A stretch of 64,000 nucleotides of DNA, taken from Chrysomallon squamiferum. Its lineage: Eukaryota > Animalia > Mollusca. The notes under the pieces were generated by a model that was given only the letters and a program-made list of their open reading frames with translations, ran no database searches and was not told the DNA's origin. The first letter of the stretch is position 1, and each line of letters starts with the position of its first letter. The translations under genes were made by a program, and so were the position numbers. Below, in pieces: positions 58,646 to 64,000 of this stretch. The stretch is taken from the NCBI GenBank assembly GCA_012295275.1, contig CM022673.1, positions 8,928,001 to 8,992,000 of the forward strand. Direction: 5' to 3'.

Positions 58646-61600
58646 TGTATGTATGTATGTATGTATGTATGTTCAACAAGTGTGTGTTTATGTTGTGGCG
58701 TGTGAGTGTGTGTATATGTGTGTGCATATACGGATAGATATAAGTAAGTGTATGTACGACAAAGGTAACATACTATTTATTCGAAGGTGTTAATATTAAG
58801 TCTATGGTTGTTTTTTCTTATTTTTATTTTGTGGGTTAGTTATGCATTGTTGTTGTTGATGTCGTGTAGCATATGATTTGTACATGTGTGGCTGTATATG
58901 TAACTATCTATCTATCTATCTATCTATATCTATATATATATATATATATATATATTCGCATACTAATTATTACTTTACAAAGTATAAATTCAAATACAAA
59001 TATCTGCGTTGGTTGTTATTTATGTTAAAGTCGGTGTTGATGATGTAGATACTATTCTTCATTTGTTCCTTCGTCTGTGGATATCACAATTGTTTTCTCA
59101 CAGAATAATTAATTTCGACGTAATAACTGTAAGCATGTTTTACTACTCATTTTATTATTGTTATTATTTTTTTTATTCCTAAGTCAGAAGTCAGCAACCA
59201 AATATATCATTATTTTAAAAGAGAGAAAGAAAAAAAGATTTTTATTGTTATTATTATTATTATTATTATTAATTTGAAAAGGTCGTTAAAAGATGAATAA
59301 ACTCAGCCCTAAAAGTGTAAGATATAATTATCAGTATTAATAAATAACCTTATTTCTTTTAGAGATGTATAAGTCTAACTGAGAATATGTCTTTAGAGAG
59401 TAGTTTTTGTTTTTATAATCTAATTTAATTGTACGTGTTTTTCATATCTCTGTGGGTTTTTTAATAAAGATATTTTTCATTTTACCAGAGGCTTGGATGT
59501 TTTCATCAGATAACTTGTTGTTGTTGTTATTATTATTATAATTATTATTATAAACTTATACATACTGCTAAGGTGAGTAATAAATTCAACCAGGATGCGG
59601 GTTATTTTTATTAGTATAGAAAATAATATCTTTAAAGATTTAAAGTATGTCAGGGGAAATTAATTTTAAAGAAAAATAACGATAAATTTGACTGTTGTCT
59701 CTTTAATGACGTAAACTAGTGTCATTTTAAATTCTAGTTGGAAATTTGAAGCCGCACGTAATGCAATTTATCACGACAAAAATGGATTTATTAGCATTTA
59801 CACTGACTGAATGAAAGATCAAATGGCTGTTGTTGTTTGTTTTTTTTAGAGGGGGGGAATTGTTGACTGTGTGTGTGGGGGGTTTTCGGCTGTTTTAAAT
59901 GTCGAATGTCTTTTCTTTTTTTTCTGGGGGTTTTTTCTGTTTTTTTTTTTTTTTTTTTAAGGTTGATTTTTTTGGAGGGTAGCCTCGTAAAATACTGAAA
60001 GAAGAAGCCCTCTGACAATATGTCAGAACAATAGCTGCCAATCTTTCGACCATCAACCTCAGAATGATTATAATATTTTCTCCGCGTTCCTCTAGTTTTA
60101 CAAAAGTCTGGGTTTATTTACTAATGAGGCCAATTTTAAGTTAAGAAAACTTTTAAATAAATAATAGTGATTATTACTACTACTACTGCTACTGCTACTA
60201 CTACTACTACTACTACTGGTGCTGCAGCTGCTGTTACTACTACAAGGACGACAACTTGCACTACTGCTACTAATGTTCCTACTACTATAACAACAACAAC
60301 AACTACTACTACTACTACTAACAAAGACGAGTGTTTGGGAACCACCACTCATTCACGTTGTTTCCTTTGCTGTTGTTGTTGTTGTTGTTTTGTTTCGTTT
60401 TGTTTTTATCTTTTATTTATTTATTTAGTTAGTTAGTTATCTGTTTAGTTATTTATTATTTGTTTTGTTTTGTTTGTGTTTTATTTTGTTGTTTTGTTAT
60501 CGGTTGTTGATGTTTTTGTTTTTATTTGTTGTTGATGTTGTTGTTGTTGTTTCTGTGCTTCTCAGCACAGGGAAAAACTCATAACTAAATAAATAGAATT
60601 GTAAAAGAAAGAAAGAAATTTAAAAAATAATAATTAAGAATTAAAAATTGATTTATGTGTTATGATGTAATGTGTTGTTGTGGTAGTGTTTACCAGTAGG
60701 TGATAGTATATGAACACAGATTTCCTTTCAGTAACATCAATAAGCACCATTTACCTTTTTATTACTTGCATACTTTGAGATGTTGATAATGCTGCACAAT
60801 GTTTTAATACATTTTAATACGAGATCGTGAATTATTAATAACAGTTTGTGAAGTTCAAACTGAATACAAGCTGAACGACAATTCTAAGTAGACGTAGGTG
60901 AAGACTACAACTTTGTGAAAAGTGGATATGAATTGAGTTAGTTTGTTGTTTGTTCGTTTGATCTTAGTAATTTTTAATTATATTTTTATTTATTTATTTA
61001 TTTATTTATTTTATTACCTTTTTGAATTATTATTACTAACACAGTTCAGATTTCATAAAGTTTAAAACGACTGAAGCCGCATGACCCATTCAAGTACGTG
61101 CCCTACAAGTATCTGCTGAGATTAAACATTTCCAAAATTAAATTCAGTCTTTGTATCGAGTTACAGTGCAGAACAATTGTTTTCTTTCTTTCTTTCTCTA
61201 TTTTTTTTATTTTTTATTATTTTATTTCTTTATTTTTTCTACCGGTTTCTTCCTGGTTCATTGTAAGATAGATCTTTTGAAAGATATAATGATAAATTCT
61301 ACGAACAAAGACAACAACAAAGCTACTGCAACAACACTGCGAGCAAATGGGTGCCACGCATTCAAATCTCGTCAGCGGCATTTGATGTTTGTGAGGTCGT
61401 ACCAGCGGGTTTCCGAAAACTATATAACGACATAAATAATATAAAAAAATAAATAATAATAATAGCAACAGAAAAAAAAACCACTCTGTGTAAAAAGTAT
61501 TTTTATTCATTTCATTTATGTCAGTTTCAATATGTTTGATGTACAAACCTTTAATGAGACTAATCTTCTTTATCATATCCACATTTAAGATAATGTCTAA

Positions 61601-62658
61601 AAATATTTATTTAAGAAACAAGAAATAAATAATAAATAAATAAAGAAAAATAATAACAAAAATAATATTATTATTGTTATTATTATTGTTATTATTTCAC
61701 CTTTAATGTCAGTATCGTTGAACATTTAAGAAGAGAAAAGAAAATCACATGTATGAGTGTGTGTGCGATCATATGTGTATTTCAGTCTAAAAAAGGTTTT
61801 AATAACAACTACGTAAACATAAATAGATAATTCACAGTTGACTGAAAAGGAAATTAAAATTCAGCAAACGATTCATAGTCCAAATTTCAACTGCATAATT
61901 TTTCGACAGCGAATACAGATTATTGTTTTCAAATTAACCGAATCGTATTTGAGCCATTATATAAAGAATCATTAAAAATGAAGTCAGTATGACCTTAACC
62001 ATACCCTAATAGGGCCTCGGTCGAGTTATGCAAAGATTTTACAGCCATATTTAGATGTACTGTTTTCTGTGTTTCTTTAACTTATCAAATTGGTCCTAAC
62101 TTATTTATTATACGACAGATTGCTACTTAGGTTATACGTACTTGTAGAATCTGCTAGTAGCTATTTGTTTTACTTATTATATTTTATATTGTTGTACTAT
62201 TAAGACACAGTTTTGGAAAATGTCGGTAACATATTTATTATTTACGTAAGTAGCGTATTTTAATACAGTCTAACATTTCCTGTATGTATCATTAAAGCAA
62301 GTAAATATGTAACCCATTCATTTCTACAAATATTCCTAACACGTATCAATTAATTAAATATCTACTGTTGGCTAACAATAATCCAGTTAATTATATAGAC
62401 CAATTATATAGCTTATACGTTGTATATATACAAATATATGTTACATCAACCCTCACTAAATGCGCAATCCCTACACAAGAAACGAGCCATATTTTAAGTC
62501 ACACTAATTTTCAATTAGTTGTAATGTCATGAATATATGTTAATTACATTATATTATATTATGTTGCTATATTATGTTATATTATATTATACAATGTTTG
62601 TTATGTCATATATTATCACTTTATGCCATAATATATTTTATATTATGTCATCTGCGAG

Positions 62659-62711
<53 letters not shown>

Positions 62712-64000
62712 TATGTAGTAGTTATTACTACTTTATTGTTAGAAAAGATTGATCACCTTAATTTAGTTTGAGTTGTCTTTAGAAATGCACGCACACGCAT
62801 GGCCACACATACAATTACCTACCTTGCGATTTTACTTTGACATCTTTTTTTATTTGCAGATAACTGCCTTGATGAGTTTGTCTATATTTTTATTTCACCA
62901 ACACATTTTAGCACTAGTCAGACAGGGTAATATATAATTATTGTGATGGGTCAAAATTCGAGATGTAACAGATGTCATGACTTTTGATTTGAAGGGGTAG
63001 AATGGCAGCCATCAGATATTATGCAACAATATTTCATTTTTATAATTTATATAAATAATAATTTAAAAAAAAAATAAAATAAAAATAAAAATTCTTAACA
63101 CAGTACAACCCAAACTAGATATAAGAGTATTTTCAGACATTTTCTATTCGAACAAAAATACAACACTTTCAATTTTTACAGCAAAATGTTTTCATTTACT
63201 TTTAGTTTATCACATGCTTATAACAGAAAGCAAAATTATTAATATGCATCATTCAGTAATACATATACAAAGAAAGAAGTGATACAGATATTCCTGTTTA
63301 ATTACTTATCTTGAACTTAAAAAAAGATTTCATAAATGCCCCATTTTTTTCTTCTGAACCAGACATACAGTAAAAAAAAATGGGATGTACCTATATAATA
63401 ATTGAATGTGTGAGTGTGCGTGTATTTTAGTAATGCAGGTGTATGCATCCGTGTATGTCCCAATGTATGTACAAATGTATTATATTTGTGTACATATATG
63501 AAATTACAAATATAACATTATCTGTATATGTTTTGAAAACTATGGAGCTTAAGTCTCTTAGGCTCTGGAAAAAAAAAAGAAAAAAAAAAAGGTACAAAAG
63601 TTAATGCTTCACAAAAAGAAAGAAAAACAAAAACCAGATAAAAAGGATTTTTCTCTTTCTGTAAAATCGGTAATATATCTTTTATTTTCTAGCTTATGAG
63701 AATGATTAGAAAAAAAAAAAAAAAAAAAAAAATGAAATAAAATGAATAAATAAAAATCATACAAAATTTACCAACATTGTTATACTGTAAAGAAATATAA
63801 ACAGTAGAAGCTTTGGAATCAAGTGATCAGTCAGCAAATAAAGTGAAGAAAGAAAAAAACTGAAACATAAAACTAGCTCAAAATCTGATTCAACTTTACA
63901 CCAGAAATCTAAATTATCCAGTGAATATACATTAAAATTAATCAAAACTATGACAAAATATTTTATAAAATTACCTTCTAAGACACATGAAATCATAGAT

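Noticed and set aside
61400-64000. Right-hand unique region
   Set aside because: No convincing exons, RNA genes or structured repeats beyond microsatellites.

Overview
AT-rich, microsatellite-dense, intron-containing animal genomic DNA; the composition suggests an invertebrate, possibly a mollusc/cephalopod, but that is inference only. Bases 27-9733 hold the 3' part (TM1 to stop) of a class B1 calcitonin/CGRP-receptor-like GPCR. Downstream is a ~48 kb segmentally duplicated array (~9 kb period) carrying four intact six-exon genes (one on +, three on -), a truncated fifth copy and orphan promoter blocks. Manual splicing gives ~180-aa precursors: signal peptide, acidic BRICHOS-like propiece, RIVKR cleavage site, then a 32-aa four-Cys predicted beta-hairpin peptide. 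This is the architecture of polychaete BRICHOS antimicrobial peptides (arenicin, alvinellacin, capitellacin). The mature peptides have diverged into a near-neutral class (copies 1-2) and an Arg/Tyr-rich +6 class (copies 3-4). The repeat units also carry decayed fragments of the GPCR 3' end, Tigger/pogo-like DNA transposon relics and a small MITE. Almost all ORFs in the supplied track are microsatellite artefacts. All alignments and counts were done by eye, so repeat boundaries are approximate.
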